This document shows, piece by piece, positions 1-8,729 of a stretch of DNA of 64,000 nt. A model generated the notes under the pieces. It was not told the origin of the DNA and searched no databases. It was given only the letters and a program-made list of their open reading frames with translations. How positions within the stretch are numbered: the stretch's first letter is position 1; every line of letters begins with the position of its first letter. Origin of the DNA: a virus; the IMG/VR virus record IMGVR_UViG_3300005683_000016, positions 64,001-128,000 of that record; one strand, given 5' to 3'. Position numbers and translations under genes: made by a program.

Positions 1-201
1 GTCTTTAAGTACTTGAGCCTCTCTCTCATGTTCTTCAAAGTTCATATAAGGACTTTGTGGATCGTACATCCCCCAAATGTACATGAAGGGAAGAGTGTCT
101 CCTTGAAAGAACTCTAAGAGAGCATTAAATTCAGGTATGGCAAATATAGTCTCATCCAGAATTATTTTATTCTGACTGACCGTTAGTATTCTTGGAAGCA
201 T
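1..201 (-). CDS. Partial (runs off window) conserved phage protein, resembles crAss-like gene found next to terminase
   Basis: Manual translation MLPRILTVSQNKIILDETIFAIPEFNALL...FMYIWGMYDPQSPYMNF; YI..MYD..SPY motif recalled from crAss-like genomes. Confidence 0.5.
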   Translation of the reverse strand, partial: MLPRILTVSQNKIILDETIFAIPEFNALLEFFQGDTLPFMYIWGMYDPQSPYMNFEEHEREAQVLKD

Positions 202-625
202 TAACGGGAATTAGTTTAGTATGAACGGCTCCAAATTGCTCCAAAAGATTCATCCATTGAGTTTCGGTAGCCTTAATGTGATATTGCATAAATTCAGAAT
301 TGACACGAGAATAACAATCCACCACTACAATTTGGCATTCGTTATCTTCATCCCATTCTTCTACCCAATTAGAAAAAACTTTGTCACACAAGTTAAAGTT
401 CATTCTTTTGTAACCTGTTTTGTATTTAGGTTCTACAGGTCGCTTAAGATTTCCAGTTAAACCTAAACGAGATGCTTCTTCAAAGTCATTTTCATATTCT
501 TCTAAAGCCTCGTTGTATTCATCTATTTCTCTTTTGGTTATTTTACCACTTAGGATGTTCAGTTGTACAAAAATGTGATCATCCAAGACTTTAGTGATGT
601 CTGTGTTATTAACAGTATCCTGCAT
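167..625 (-). CDS. Hypothetical protein
   Basis: ORF track; likely start at internal ATG 625, overlapping end of upstream gene. Confidence 0.7.
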   Translation of the reverse strand: MQDTVNNTDITKVLDDHIFVQLNILSGKITKREIDEYNEALEEYENDFEEASRLGLTGNLKRPVEPKYKTGYKRMNFNLCDKVFSNWVEEWDEDNECQIVVVDCYSRVNSEFMQYHIKATETQWMNLLEQFGAVHTKLIPVNASKNTNGQSE

Positions 626-1355
626 TTGAATTAAATTCTGTTGGTGAATAATTAGATGTGTTTCTTCCTTGCCAGTTAGATCCCCATTTAGCATCGTGAG
701 ACTCTAAATGAATACCTACTATTTCAGGGATTAAAATTCGTTTTTCTCGTGACCATTGATTAGTAAAAACCAAATCACAGTGATCTGCTCCTACACAATC
801 ATTGGGGTATTCTTTGAATTGACTCTTGTGAGCAAGTTGAAAAAACCCTAAAGGTTTCCATCCTGTGAACTTTCCGTTTTCTCCCTGTTGTCCATAATAG
901 TGAGAGATTCTTGCTCCTACTTCATACTCAGAGAGATTCATCAACCAATTGTCTAAAATCAGGGAAGGGTTATTACAATAATTAAACCACTGCTCAAAAG
1001 ATTTTAAGTTAATTCGATCTGTACCATAAAGACACTCTTTGTCTAATTTAAGAGAATCCAGTACTCTTTTGGTAATGTTAGGTAAAGCAATGTCTACGTC
1101 TAAAAATAAAACCCAATCTGTTGAAGATTTTTCCAAACCTACGTTGATTCCGTTGAACTTTTTAAATGTATCTCCTTCGTAAAAAGCATCTGTTTGAACT
1201 ACAGTGTAACCTTGAGACAAGGCTATATTTTTAGTTTTGAAATCTTTAGTGTCAGTTACTATGATCCACTTGGAAAATAGTCCTTTGTTTGCTAATGCTG
1301 TCCAAGCGAAAAAATCTGAATAGTTTACACAGACACTAATTGCTGTAAGATTCAT
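609..1355 (-). CDS. Glycosyltransferase, GT-A fold (GT2-like)
   Basis: N-terminal strand ISVCVNY, FNGINVGL, DxD motif WVLFLDVD. Confidence 0.8.
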   Translation of the reverse strand: MNLTAISVCVNYSDFFAWTALANKGLFSKWIIVTDTKDFKTKNIALSQGYTVVQTDAFYEGDTFKKFNGINVGLEKSSTDWVLFLDVDIALPNITKRVLDSLKLDKECLYGTDRINLKSFEQWFNYCNNPSLILDNWLMNLSEYEVGARISHYYGQQGENGKFTGWKPLGFFQLAHKSQFKEYPNDCVGADHCDLVFTNQWSREKRILIPEIVGIHLESHDAKWGSNWQGRNTSNYSPTEFNSNAGYC

Positions 1356-1357
1356 AT

Positions 1358-1612
1358 TTAATTTTCAAACGTTATTAGTTGTGAAATTTGTGATGCGTAA
1401 TATGGCATTCTTGATAGTTTGATTATATCGTTTTTTTGTGCTTGAAGATGTACATATTGTTTACCAAATTCTTTTTGCACATTAATAATTACAAGAATGT
1501 CATCCTTTTGAAACATGTTAGAGATCAATACTCTTTGAAATCCTAATAAACTCAAAATGTGTATTACTTTATCTTCAGATAACCCAATCCATTCTGTTAA
1601 GTAATTATCCAT
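1358..1612 (-). CDS. Hypothetical protein
   Basis: ORF in tightly packed operon. Confidence 0.6.
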   Translation of the reverse strand: MDNYLTEWIGLSEDKVIHILSLLGFQRVLISNMFQKDDILVIINVQKEFGKQYVHLQAQKNDIIKLSRMPYYASQISQLITFEN

Positions 1613-2351
1613 TCTTCTTTTTAAAGTGATTAAGTAAAGTGTGAACTTCTTTTTTTAGATAGTCTATAGGGTAGTCTTGGGTATTTATTACTTTTCCATT
1701 CTCCATAATAAGATGTTCTATTACCATTTCTCCAGGTTTCATTTCAGGGTTAGATCTAAGTAGCAAATAAAGATAAAGTGAAAGTTGTAAAGAATAATGA
1801 TTAAAGTTACAATCTTCAAGGTGGCTAAGAGGTGGAGACATTTTTTTATATGTCCCGTCCCAAGACTTAAATCCTCGCATAACTATTTTTTCAGAAGTCT
1901 TGTAATCATATATATTAATAGTATTGTTTATTACCTCTATTCTATCGGCTTGCCCTGCTACTTTATAGTAAAGATCAAAGATTAATTTCTCTATATAAAT
2001 AGTATTGTTGTCAAGTTTTAATGATGTCGCACATTTATTATTACAATCATTAGCACTGTCCCATTTGATTAAAAGTTCACAATTATCTTTTGTAATTTTA
2101 CCAAGGGATTTATAGAAATTCTCTTTTTCAAGATGAACAGCAGTGCCTTGAATCTGACTGTTAAGTTTTTTATCAGCCCATTCTTTCAGTAATTCTTCCT
2201 TACTAATACCAATTTTTTTGGCCTTTTTTTCTGCTTCTAAGTCCCAATTTACAATTGGTTTTACTGTGTTTATTAATGAAGTACATGAAGTAAGTATTGT
2301 GTTTGTAGTTGTTTCTCTGTATGTATGGGTATTTTCAATAAATTCAACCAT
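1605..2351 (-). CDS. PD-(D/E)XK exonuclease (RecB/Cas4-like)
   Basis: GTAVH, E, AGQAD, IYDYKT, YSLQLSLY motifs. Confidence 0.85.
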   Translation of the reverse strand: MVEFIENTHTYRETTTNTILTSCTSLINTVKPIVNWDLEAEKKAKKIGISKEELLKEWADKKLNSQIQGTAVHLEKENFYKSLGKITKDNCELLIKWDSANDCNNKCATSLKLDNNTIYIEKLIFDLYYKVAGQADRIEVINNTINIYDYKTSEKIVMRGFKSWDGTYKKMSPPLSHLEDCNFNHYSLQLSLYLYLLLRSNPEMKPGEMVIEHLIMENGKVINTQDYPIDYLKKEVHTLLNHFKKKNG

Positions 2352-2353
2352 TT

Positions 2354-3109
2354 TTAAATATATTTAAAATAATATTTATTTACACGATAACCAAGGTTAA
2401 TTGATTTTTCAATTCCTCTTCTTAATATATTTAAATCTTCTACTGCATATTTTATAGAAAAATAACACATAATAGGAGTTTTATTTAAATCCATACATAA
2501 AATCCTTTTTCCATATAAAAAGGCAGTATTCCAGCGAAAAGGATTTATTTTATCTCCCTTATATTCTTTATACCATCTAAACCCGGCAGATGTTTTTGTT
2601 CTAAGTGAAATACGTTTGTTTAGTATTTTAACTGCGTCTGAATGACTTTCCCACTTTTTTATGAAATCACCTGCTAAACTATATTGATATATAGGAATTT
2701 TTGTGTGAGATTTGTCTCTAAACTTTGTATTTTTTAATTTTTTGTATTTTTCAATATCTATTTTTACTCCCTTCAAACTGTCTCCACCATTTGTTAAATT
2801 TGCAAGAATTCCTGTTTTATTATCTATTCTACCATAAAGTTTAATAAATTCGATTTCCTTTTGTAAAATAAACTCATAATCATTGGACTCTAATATTATT
2901 TCTACTCTGTAGTCATTGTTATTTTTTTTAACAATCTTTTTCCAAAGATCTGATTTATTGTATAAAGAGTGTGCTCTCGTATATTCTGATTTAAAATACG
3001 CATGTTTTATCTTTTTGAAAGATTTTGTACCTACTCCAATATAAAAGGGAGTTCCTTTATCTAATCTAATATGCCGATAAAGGTAATATTTGCCAATGTC
3101 TGTTATCAT
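2354..3109 (-). CDS. Free-standing GIY-YIG homing endonuclease with NUMOD1-like repeats
   Basis: YYLYRH...FYIGVG, E..FI, LANLTNGG; IYQYSLAGDFIKKWES. Confidence 0.8.
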   Translation of the reverse strand: MITDIGKYYLYRHIRLDKGTPFYIGVGTKSFKKIKHAYFKSEYTRAHSLYNKSDLWKKIVKKNNNDYRVEIILESNDYEFILQKEIEFIKLYGRIDNKTGILANLTNGGDSLKGVKIDIEKYKKLKNTKFRDKSHTKIPIYQYSLAGDFIKKWESHSDAVKILNKRISLRTKTSAGFRWYKEYKGDKINPFRWNTAFLYGKRILCMDLNKTPIMCYFSIKYAVEDLNILRRGIEKSINLGYRVNKYYFKYI

Positions 3110-3119
3110 TATTTTTTTA

Positions 3120-3302
3120 TTATTTATTATTTACCAAAACTTCCTCCTTAGTTATTCCTCTTTCTTTAGCCTTCTTAGTTGCTATACCATCAGAATCAAA
3201 AGGTTGTTTAACCAATTCAAGAAGTTTAGATACTGAGGTAAAAGAGATTTCGGAATTATTTTGTAAAACATACTGGTGTGATTCTGGAATAAAAATGATC
3301 AT
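3120..3302 (-). pseudogene. Orphaned N-terminal fragment paralogous to the PD-(D/E)XK exonuclease
   Basis: FIPESHQY/TSVSKLL/KKAKERGITKEEVL aligns with FIENTHTY/TSCTSLI/KKAKKIGISKEELL of 1605..2351. Confidence 0.7.
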
Positions 3303-3655
3303 TTCTTAGTTTTAGTGTATATTAAAATTGAATCTATTCGATCTATTATGTATTGGTCGTTTGATAAATAAGTTTGATCAGTCGTTTCCTTTTGAAACTC
3401 TATTCCTAAATTATAAGCCCTTTCAACTTGAAAAGAAACTGATTTAGAAAGCATATAATAAGCAAACATATAACCTATTAAAGCCCCTCCTATTAAGAAT
3501 AAGAGTTGGGATTGATGAGGTTTAGTATTTGATTGCTCTCCATACCTTTTATTGTAACCGTATTTAATTCCAAGGCCAAAGGTAAGAAATAAAAGTAATA
3601 TTACTGTTAAGCCAGAAATAACAATTAAGAATAGGTCAGGGTTTAAGTTCTCCAT
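3299..3655 (-). CDS. Membrane protein (2 TM)
   Basis: Two hydrophobic segments. Confidence 0.6.
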   Translation of the reverse strand: MENLNPDLFLIVISGLTVILLLFLTFGLGIKYGYNKRYGEQSNTKPHQSQLLFLIGGALIGYMFAYYMLSKSVSFQVERAYNLGIEFQKETTDQTYLSNDQYIIDRIDSILIYTKTKK

Positions 3656-3932
3656 TTACTTTGAGTTTTTCTGTTTGACCGTTGTCAAATTCAAGAGTTA
3701 AAGAAGCACCAAAATATCCAGTCTGACCTGTTTTATCTACTGTCATAGAAACTTCAAAAGGAACTCCGGGATAAACTTCAGTGGGAGTTACTGAAGAAGT
3801 ACAAGTACAACTTTTTAGCACTTTCGTAATTCTGACGTTTGAGTGTCCATTATTAACTCCTTTGAAAATGTGAGTATAAGGAGTTTTATTAGAGATAGAA
3901 ATTCTTACGGTAGGTTGTTCAAACACTATCAT
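3636..3932 (-). CDS. DUF1573-like Ig-fold protein
   Basis: F..VNNG...VRITKVLKSCTCTS....V.PG pattern typical of Bacteroidota DUF1573. Confidence 0.6.
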   Translation of the reverse strand: MIVFEQPTVRISISNKTPYTHIFKGVNNGHSNVRITKVLKSCTCTSSVTPTEVYPGVPFEVSMTVDKTGQTGYFGASLTLEFDNGQTEKLKVNGELKP

Positions 3933-3938
3933 ATTTAA

Positions 3939-4163
3939 TTAAAGTTCAATTGATTTAATTATACGTTCAAGGCTTTCTTTTGAATCTGGTTTACCATGAT
4001 ATAAAACGTTAGCAGAATCATCATAGATTAATAAAATGTTTTCTATACAATCTAAAGAAAGAGTTAAGATTTTTGTAGGTGTTTCTTTCTGGTAGTCTAG
4101 ATATTTACCTGACGCGTTGATTTGTTGGAGTCCTAAAGATTCTAAATCATCTTGTGTTATCAT
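3939..4163 (-). CDS. Hypothetical protein
   Basis: ORF in operon. Confidence 0.6.
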   Translation of the reverse strand: MITQDDLESLGLQQINASGKYLDYQKETPTKILTLSLDCIENILLIYDDSANVLYHGKPDSKESLERIIKSIEL

Positions 4164-4536
4164 GTTGTTTAAATTTTAATATGTCTTTTTCTGTTAGAAA
4201 CTGATATTCATTTAAAGATCCTGGAACAGGTACAAAAAATAAAGCCTCGTAAGAACCATTGTCATATAGAGAAAAAGATGCGTTTACATACTCTATAACC
4301 AATTCATCGTTGTATTTATACGCAATCGTTCCTTTTGTATAAATTTTTGTAAGAAGTACAGGCTCATTTACTATCGAATCCCCAGGATTAAATCCTATTA
4401 TTGTAAGTAGTCCTGATGTGTCATGCATCAAAGTTACATCAGGGCCTGATATTATTTGATTCCAATTTGGAGTTTGCGCTTTACTGATAATAGTACTCAG
4501 TAAACTAAGCAGGAAAAAGAATGTCTTTACGTTCAT
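4147..4536 (-). CDS. Secreted hypothetical protein
   Basis: Signal peptide ending SKA-Q. Confidence 0.6.
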   Translation of the reverse strand: MNVKTFFFLLSLLSTIISKAQTPNWNQIISGPDVTLMHDTSGLLTIIGFNPGDSIVNEPVLLTKIYTKGTIAYKYNDELVIEYVNASFSLYDNGSYEALFFVPVPGSLNEYQFLTEKDILKFKQHDNTR

Positions 4537-4559
4537 ATAATTTTTGATTAATTATGTTT

Positions 4560-5705
4560 TTAGTAATATTGTTTTAGTTGTTCGCCTTGATAAGCGTAAG
4601 TAAAAATATAATCATCTGCTTTTTTAGTTTTTCCTATTACATTACTCCTTACCTTAGACCCTTTAACACCAAACTCTCTTGCAGCACTTTGAGTTGAGAC
4701 ACACGATTTGATATAAAGTTTTGTTACAGCATCATACACAAACGTAGTCTTAGCGGTTTTTGGTAAATTAGAGTTATAAAAACCCACAGTTCCTTCTCCG
4801 CCTTTTGTGAGGTTACTTAATGTACCTAACTTGTTACTCTTTTGTCCATATAAGGCAATGAATTCAATTTCTTTCTTTTTTATAAACGCATAATTATCAG
4901 ATTCCATGATAATTTCTACTTGATATACACCGTTGTTTTTATTGACTATATCATTCCATATTTTGTTTCTCTTTCCTTTTGTAAAGGCTCTTTTATAGTC
5001 ATTTGAGTAACATTCAAGGCTATATGTATAATTAATTTTTTTACCAATTCCTATATAAAATACTTCATTTTTGTCAGGGCGAATATGTCGATATAAATAA
5101 TATTCTCCATTTTCCATTTCATAATTACCTTCAACTTTATGTATTTCCAAGTTAGACAATTTTGGAACATATCTATTCAGAGTCTTTCTTTGTATATTTA
5201 TGTTTTCATCTTGTCCTTCACGGATATAGAAACCAAAACAAGTACCGTTTGTTTTTAAACACTGAGTAACTGAAGAACAGGTACAATTTAAATAAATTCT
5301 ACACTGTTTGACTGACGTAAATGTTTTTTCTTTAATTCCATTTTTATTATAAATACTAATAATTTTTCGTTTTTCTTTCCTTTCATAAGGAAGTATAGAT
5401 ACTCCTTCAAATTTATCTTTCCAAATAAAACCTCCTATACTTTTTTTATTTTTTAAACCGCCTACTTTTATATTAAGTATTTTCTTAACGTCTGACCTTT
5501 TTTCCCAATACTTAATAAACGTTCCGTCTAAACCATACTGATAAACATCTTTGCTCCATACATCTATACAAGTCCATCTTGGATTTTTTGTTTTTAGTCT
5601 TTCTGAGGCTTTTGGATTAGACCTGCCTTTAGAAACACGTCCGTCTTTATTTGGATTATTCAACTTCATCCTTTCTGAAAGTTTCTTTCTCTGTTCGTTT
5701 GTCAT
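4560..5705 (-). CDS. GIY-YIG homing endonuclease with N-terminal NUMOD repeats
   Basis: N-terminal RKKLSERMKLNNP and VYQYGLDGTFIKYW; internal YYLYRHIR...FYIGIG, LSNLTKGGEG. Confidence 0.8.
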   Translation of the reverse strand: MTNEQRKKLSERMKLNNPNKDGRVSKGRSNPKASERLKTKNPRWTCIDVWSKDVYQYGLDGTFIKYWEKRSDVKKILNIKVGGLKNKKSIGGFIWKDKFEGVSILPYERKEKRKIISIYNKNGIKEKTFTSVKQCRIYLNCTCSSVTQCLKTNGTCFGFYIREGQDENINIQRKTLNRYVPKLSNLEIHKVEGNYEMENGEYYLYRHIRPDKNEVFYIGIGKKINYTYSLECYSNDYKRAFTKGKRNKIWNDIVNKNNGVYQVEIIMESDNYAFIKKKEIEFIALYGQKSNKLGTLSNLTKGGEGTVGFYNSNLPKTAKTTFVYDAVTKLYIKSCVSTQSAAREFGVKGSKVRSNVIGKTKKADDYIFTYAYQGEQLKQYY

Positions 5706-5991
5706 AGTGATTTAAATTTTTCCATTCTTCTTTTGAAAGCATTTTACCATAACAAGGAGGGTCGTTTTCACAAGCATCGTCACTTAGAAATTTTTCAGGG
5801 GTGGAACAGCCACAATGTTTACATTCTCCTAACTCCAAGCATTCTTTAGCCATCTCACATCTATAAATAAACTGTTCTTCAATGTGAGCAGGAAGAGCAC
5901 CTGGATATATTTCTTTTAGTAAGGTTCTATAGTGTCCTTGAATAAATCCTTTAATGTTCTTTAGTGTAAAATTTTTTGATGTAATCTTCAT
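5656..5991 (-). CDS. Cys-rich zinc-binding phage protein
   Basis: CLELGECKHCGC...C...CY. Confidence 0.6.
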   Translation of the reverse strand: MKITSKNFTLKNIKGFIQGHYRTLLKEIYPGALPAHIEEQFIYRCEMAKECLELGECKHCGCSTPEKFLSDDACENDPPCYGKMLSKEEWKNLNHYDKRTEKETFRKDEVE

Positions 5992-6400
5992 AATCTTCTT
6001 TTAATAGGAATTTTAAAATTTCATCCTTTCTTGAATCAGAGTTGTGTTTGTCGTAATATTCAGTCTTTCTTATTACTGTTTGTTTTCTTTTTTCAGACTT
6101 TATCCTCGGTCTTGTTTTTGCAAACTCTAAAAGGGATTCGAGATTGGTTTTCTTCTCTTCTAACTTAGGTAAGGGATTAGACCTTAATTTTTTGTTGATT
6201 TTATTAATCTCTCGTTGGACTAAGTTTTCAGAAAGTACAAACGTTCCCCATAATGATGCTATTTCTGGTTTAGATGGAGTTTGAATTTGTTTTAAAAGAG
6301 ACTCCCAATAAATATCTACCAACTCTTTGATTAAGTCTGAATTTTTCTCTGGATATTTATCTATGAGATTTTGAATAACATCTTCTGTTTTTAGTACCAT
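5951..6400 (-). CDS. HU/IHF-like DNA-binding protein
   Basis: Two N-terminal helices followed by I..LWGTF; basic C-terminus. Confidence 0.55.
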   Translation of the reverse strand: MVLKTEDVIQNLIDKYPEKNSDLIKELVDIYWESLLKQIQTPSKPEIASLWGTFVLSENLVQREINKINKKLRSNPLPKLEEKKTNLESLLEFAKTRPRIKSEKRKQTVIRKTEYYDKHNSDSRKDEILKFLLKEDYEDYIKKFYTKEH

Positions 6401-6401
6401 T

Positions 6402-6779
6402 TTATTTACGATAATACTTGTGATAAACTTCGTCTGAGTTGGGGTCGAGAGTAACTATAGAAATTTGAATAAAATCTTCCGTTAGAAGTTTGATGTTCGG
6501 GTTTAAAGTAAGAGTGTATTTACCCTTTTCTATTTGAGTTTTAATAATATATCCTCTTTGGACTAAAGAGGAGATAGCGTTAGTTACTGATTTGGGATGA
6601 GTGAAGATTCTATCAGTTAATAATAGGTGTTGAGAATCTATCCCGTGAATATAAATATACGCTAAAATAGTGATGTCTGTTTGAGACAGAGTAGGAAGTC
6701 CACCATTAATAATGTTGTTTAGTTGAAACCGATAGAACTCGATTGGTGATAGTTTGTATTCTCTTTTTATTTTCTGCAT
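6402..6779 (-). CDS. Winged-helix DNA-binding protein
   Basis: LSQTDITILAYI...SVTNAISSLVQRGYIIK. Confidence 0.55.
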   Translation of the reverse strand: MQKIKREYKLSPIEFYRFQLNNIINGGLPTLSQTDITILAYIYIHGIDSQHLLLTDRIFTHPKSVTNAISSLVQRGYIIKTQIEKGKYTLTLNPNIKLLTEDFIQISIVTLDPNSDEVYHKYYRK

Positions 6780-6784
6780 ATATC

Positions 6785-7066
6785 TTAGAAGTAGTCTTGT
6801 TTGTTTTTACGTTGAGTCTTAAGTGCTTTTTTAGTCTTGGAGTCTACGTTAAGAATGTTTAAGTCTTCAGCAGAGAACAAGATTCTAACCATGTTTACAT
6901 TAAATTTAGTAGAAAGGTGTTCTGCTTGTTTTAGGTTAAGGTTCCATTTTTTTCTTTTAATCTCGCTTAGAACATAAGTATAGGTGAGATCTTTTTCGAG
7001 GGCTTGATTAATAAGAGTATCTAAATCTTGCATTTTGTTATTTTTAATTTGGATAAAGTAAATCAA
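6785..7066 (-). CDS. Hypothetical protein
   Basis: ORF in operon. Confidence 0.55.
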   Translation of the reverse strand: MIYFIQIKNNKMQDLDTLINQALEKDLTYTYVLSEIKRKKWNLNLKQAEHLSTKFNVNMVRILFSAEDLNILNVDSKTKKALKTQRKNKQDYF

Positions 7067-7322
7067 TGTATTCTACGTTATTTCCCAAGATGTCTGTTTC
7101 ATCATCTTCTTCTTTTAGTTCTGCTATGATAGGACAAAGATAAGGTAAGTCTGATTTAGGAAAGTCTGAGTAGAGATAGTTCATTAAATAATGAGCGTCT
7201 TTGTAAGACTTGGATAAAATATCTTGTGCCATAACTGCTATTTTTAAATCTTTGGTGGGACTCCACCAACCTATCTGAATAGCGTATTTATAGTAACCGT
7301 TTACTTGAATTGGGTTTTCCAT
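7044..7322 (-). CDS. Hypothetical protein
   Basis: ORF track; internal ATG (MENPIQ) overlapping upstream gene. Confidence 0.55.
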   Translation of the reverse strand: MENPIQVNGYYKYAIQIGWWSPTKDLKIAVMAQDILSKSYKDAHYLMNYLYSDFPKSDLPYLCPIIAELKEEDDETDILGNNVEYIDLLYPN

Positions 7323-7671
7323 CTGTTTTATTAAGAGCCTGTTGAAAAATATAACTTGATAGATAGGCAAGAGGTTCGTCATTTCCTCTTTGAATCCCTA
7401 CTCCTACTTCACCGAGAATCCAATTGGCGGCGTGGATACATTCGTGATGTAGATGTTGAAGAAAAGTCTTGTTTCTTTCTAAGAGAATTATAGCAGATTG
7501 ATAACTACTGTATTCATTTGGGAGCAGGGTAAGTGCTCCAAACTTTGACATATCAAGGTCTACTTTTGTTTTTAATAACTTTTCGCATTCTTCTTTAGAT
7601 TCTTGAAGAGTTTTATTAACAAAAAAATATACCGTGTACGGATAAATATGACATTTTACATTAAAATTCAT
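7288..7671 (-). CDS. Zincin-like (HEXXH) small phage protein
   Basis: HHECIHAA...NDEPLAYL. Confidence 0.65.
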   Translation of the reverse strand: MNFNVKCHIYPYTVYFFVNKTLQESKEECEKLLKTKVDLDMSKFGALTLLPNEYSSYQSAIILLERNKTFLQHLHHECIHAANWILGEVGVGIQRGNDEPLAYLSSYIFQQALNKTDGKPNSSKRLL

Positions 7672-7987
7672 TAGATAGTTGTTTTGCTTTCTCTTCTAAC
7701 TCGATTAACAGTAGAGGAGATATATTAGTTTTTAACAGATCAAGAAGGATTTCATTGTAAGACTTTTTAGTTTTTAAGTAGTTAATTCGAGACTGTATTT
7801 GTTGTTTGAGAATGATTTGAAGTTTTCTTGCTGACTTGGTTTTAGAGTCAGGAACCCTTTCTATGGCTATAGAGAGGGTGATTAGATTTTCTTCCACTTT
7901 AAGAAGCCACTCTTTTAGTTTAAAGATGTCGTACTCTTTATTGACATCTTCGGTTGAAATGTTTAGAAATTTATTATAGATGTTCAT
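7661..7987 (-). CDS. Hypothetical coiled-coil protein
   Basis: ORF in operon. Confidence 0.6.
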   Translation of the reverse strand: MNIYNKFLNISTEDVNKEYDIFKLKEWLLKVEENLITLSIAIERVPDSKTKSARKLQIILKQQIQSRINYLKTKKSYNEILLDLLKTNISPLLLIELEEKAKQLSNEF

Positions 7988-8001
7988 TCTATGGGTTTAG
8001 A

Positions 8002-8460
8002 TTAACAGTTAGGACACTCCACTTCTAAAATGTATTTTAACATTTTATCTCTTTCAGATTGGGATCGTTTCCAAACATAACGAGGATTAACTCTGTATAG
8101 TCCAGTAGCAACTCTAATGACAATTCCTTTCTTTGTAAGTGTGGTTAAACAGTTATTAATAGTCTGAATATGTAAGGTGGAGGATTTTGCAATCTCTTCT
8201 TTAACGTATAGAGGAAGAGCAATTTTATTCTCACCATCACACATCATGGATAAATGAAGAAGGAGACGAGACTCTGCTAAAGAGAGTTTATCTATAATAC
8301 CATTGATTGAGTAGTAGAGTTGATAGAATTCTTTTTCGTTATTAACGAGAATTGTTCTGGATTTAGAATCAGATTTAGTTTCTATTAATTCTCCTGTCTC
8401 TGAATCTATAACTTGTAGAGACTCTTTGGTTGTTTCTACTTTTTTTAGATAGGGTTTCAT
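8002..8460 (-). CDS. RepL-family (wHTH) replication/maintenance protein
   Basis: VIDSETGEL, TINNCLTTLTKKGIVIR...GLYRVNPRYVWK. Confidence 0.75.
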   Translation of the reverse strand: MKPYLKKVETTKESLQVIDSETGELIETKSDSKSRTILVNNEKEFYQLYYSINGIIDKLSLAESRLLLHLSMMCDGENKIALPLYVKEEIAKSSTLHIQTINNCLTTLTKKGIVIRVATGLYRVNPRYVWKRSQSERDKMLKYILEVECPNC

Positions 8461-8495
8461 TACTTATTTAGAGTAGTTAAATTACTTGAACGATG

Positions 8496-8503
8496 CAAAT
8501 ATA
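8496..8503 (-). promoter_or_regulatory. Bacteroidota primary-sigma -7 element (TATATTTG) for repL operon
   Basis: Matches TAnnTTTG about 35 nt upstream of ATG. Confidence 0.6.
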
Positions 8504-8563
8504 AGTAATGAAATTAATTTTACAAAGTAATCTTAGGTATATTTTTCGTAAAATCACTAAATC

Positions 8564-8623
8564 ATTACTTGGGAAAGTAATCCCGTATAGTCTGAGACAT
8601 AATGGGATTACTTGGGAAAGTAA
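8564..8623. repeat. Two 17-bp direct repeats ATTACTTGGGAAAGTAA (43-bp period)
   Basis: Exact copies at 8564-8580 and 8607-8623; each is an imperfect palindrome. Confidence 0.9.
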
Positions 8624-8729
8624 CCCTAACACTGCTTTTACAGAGACAGATATTTGGTTGTCAGTTAGTTAAAACAATTTTCCCCGTATTTGTTCTTATA
8701 TATGTATTACACCTATTTTTCTAACTAAA

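Noticed and set aside
2351-3135. Group I intron in the exonuclease gene
   Set aside because: Spacers of only 2-10 nt leave no room for a catalytic core, and the downstream gene already has a full N-terminus.
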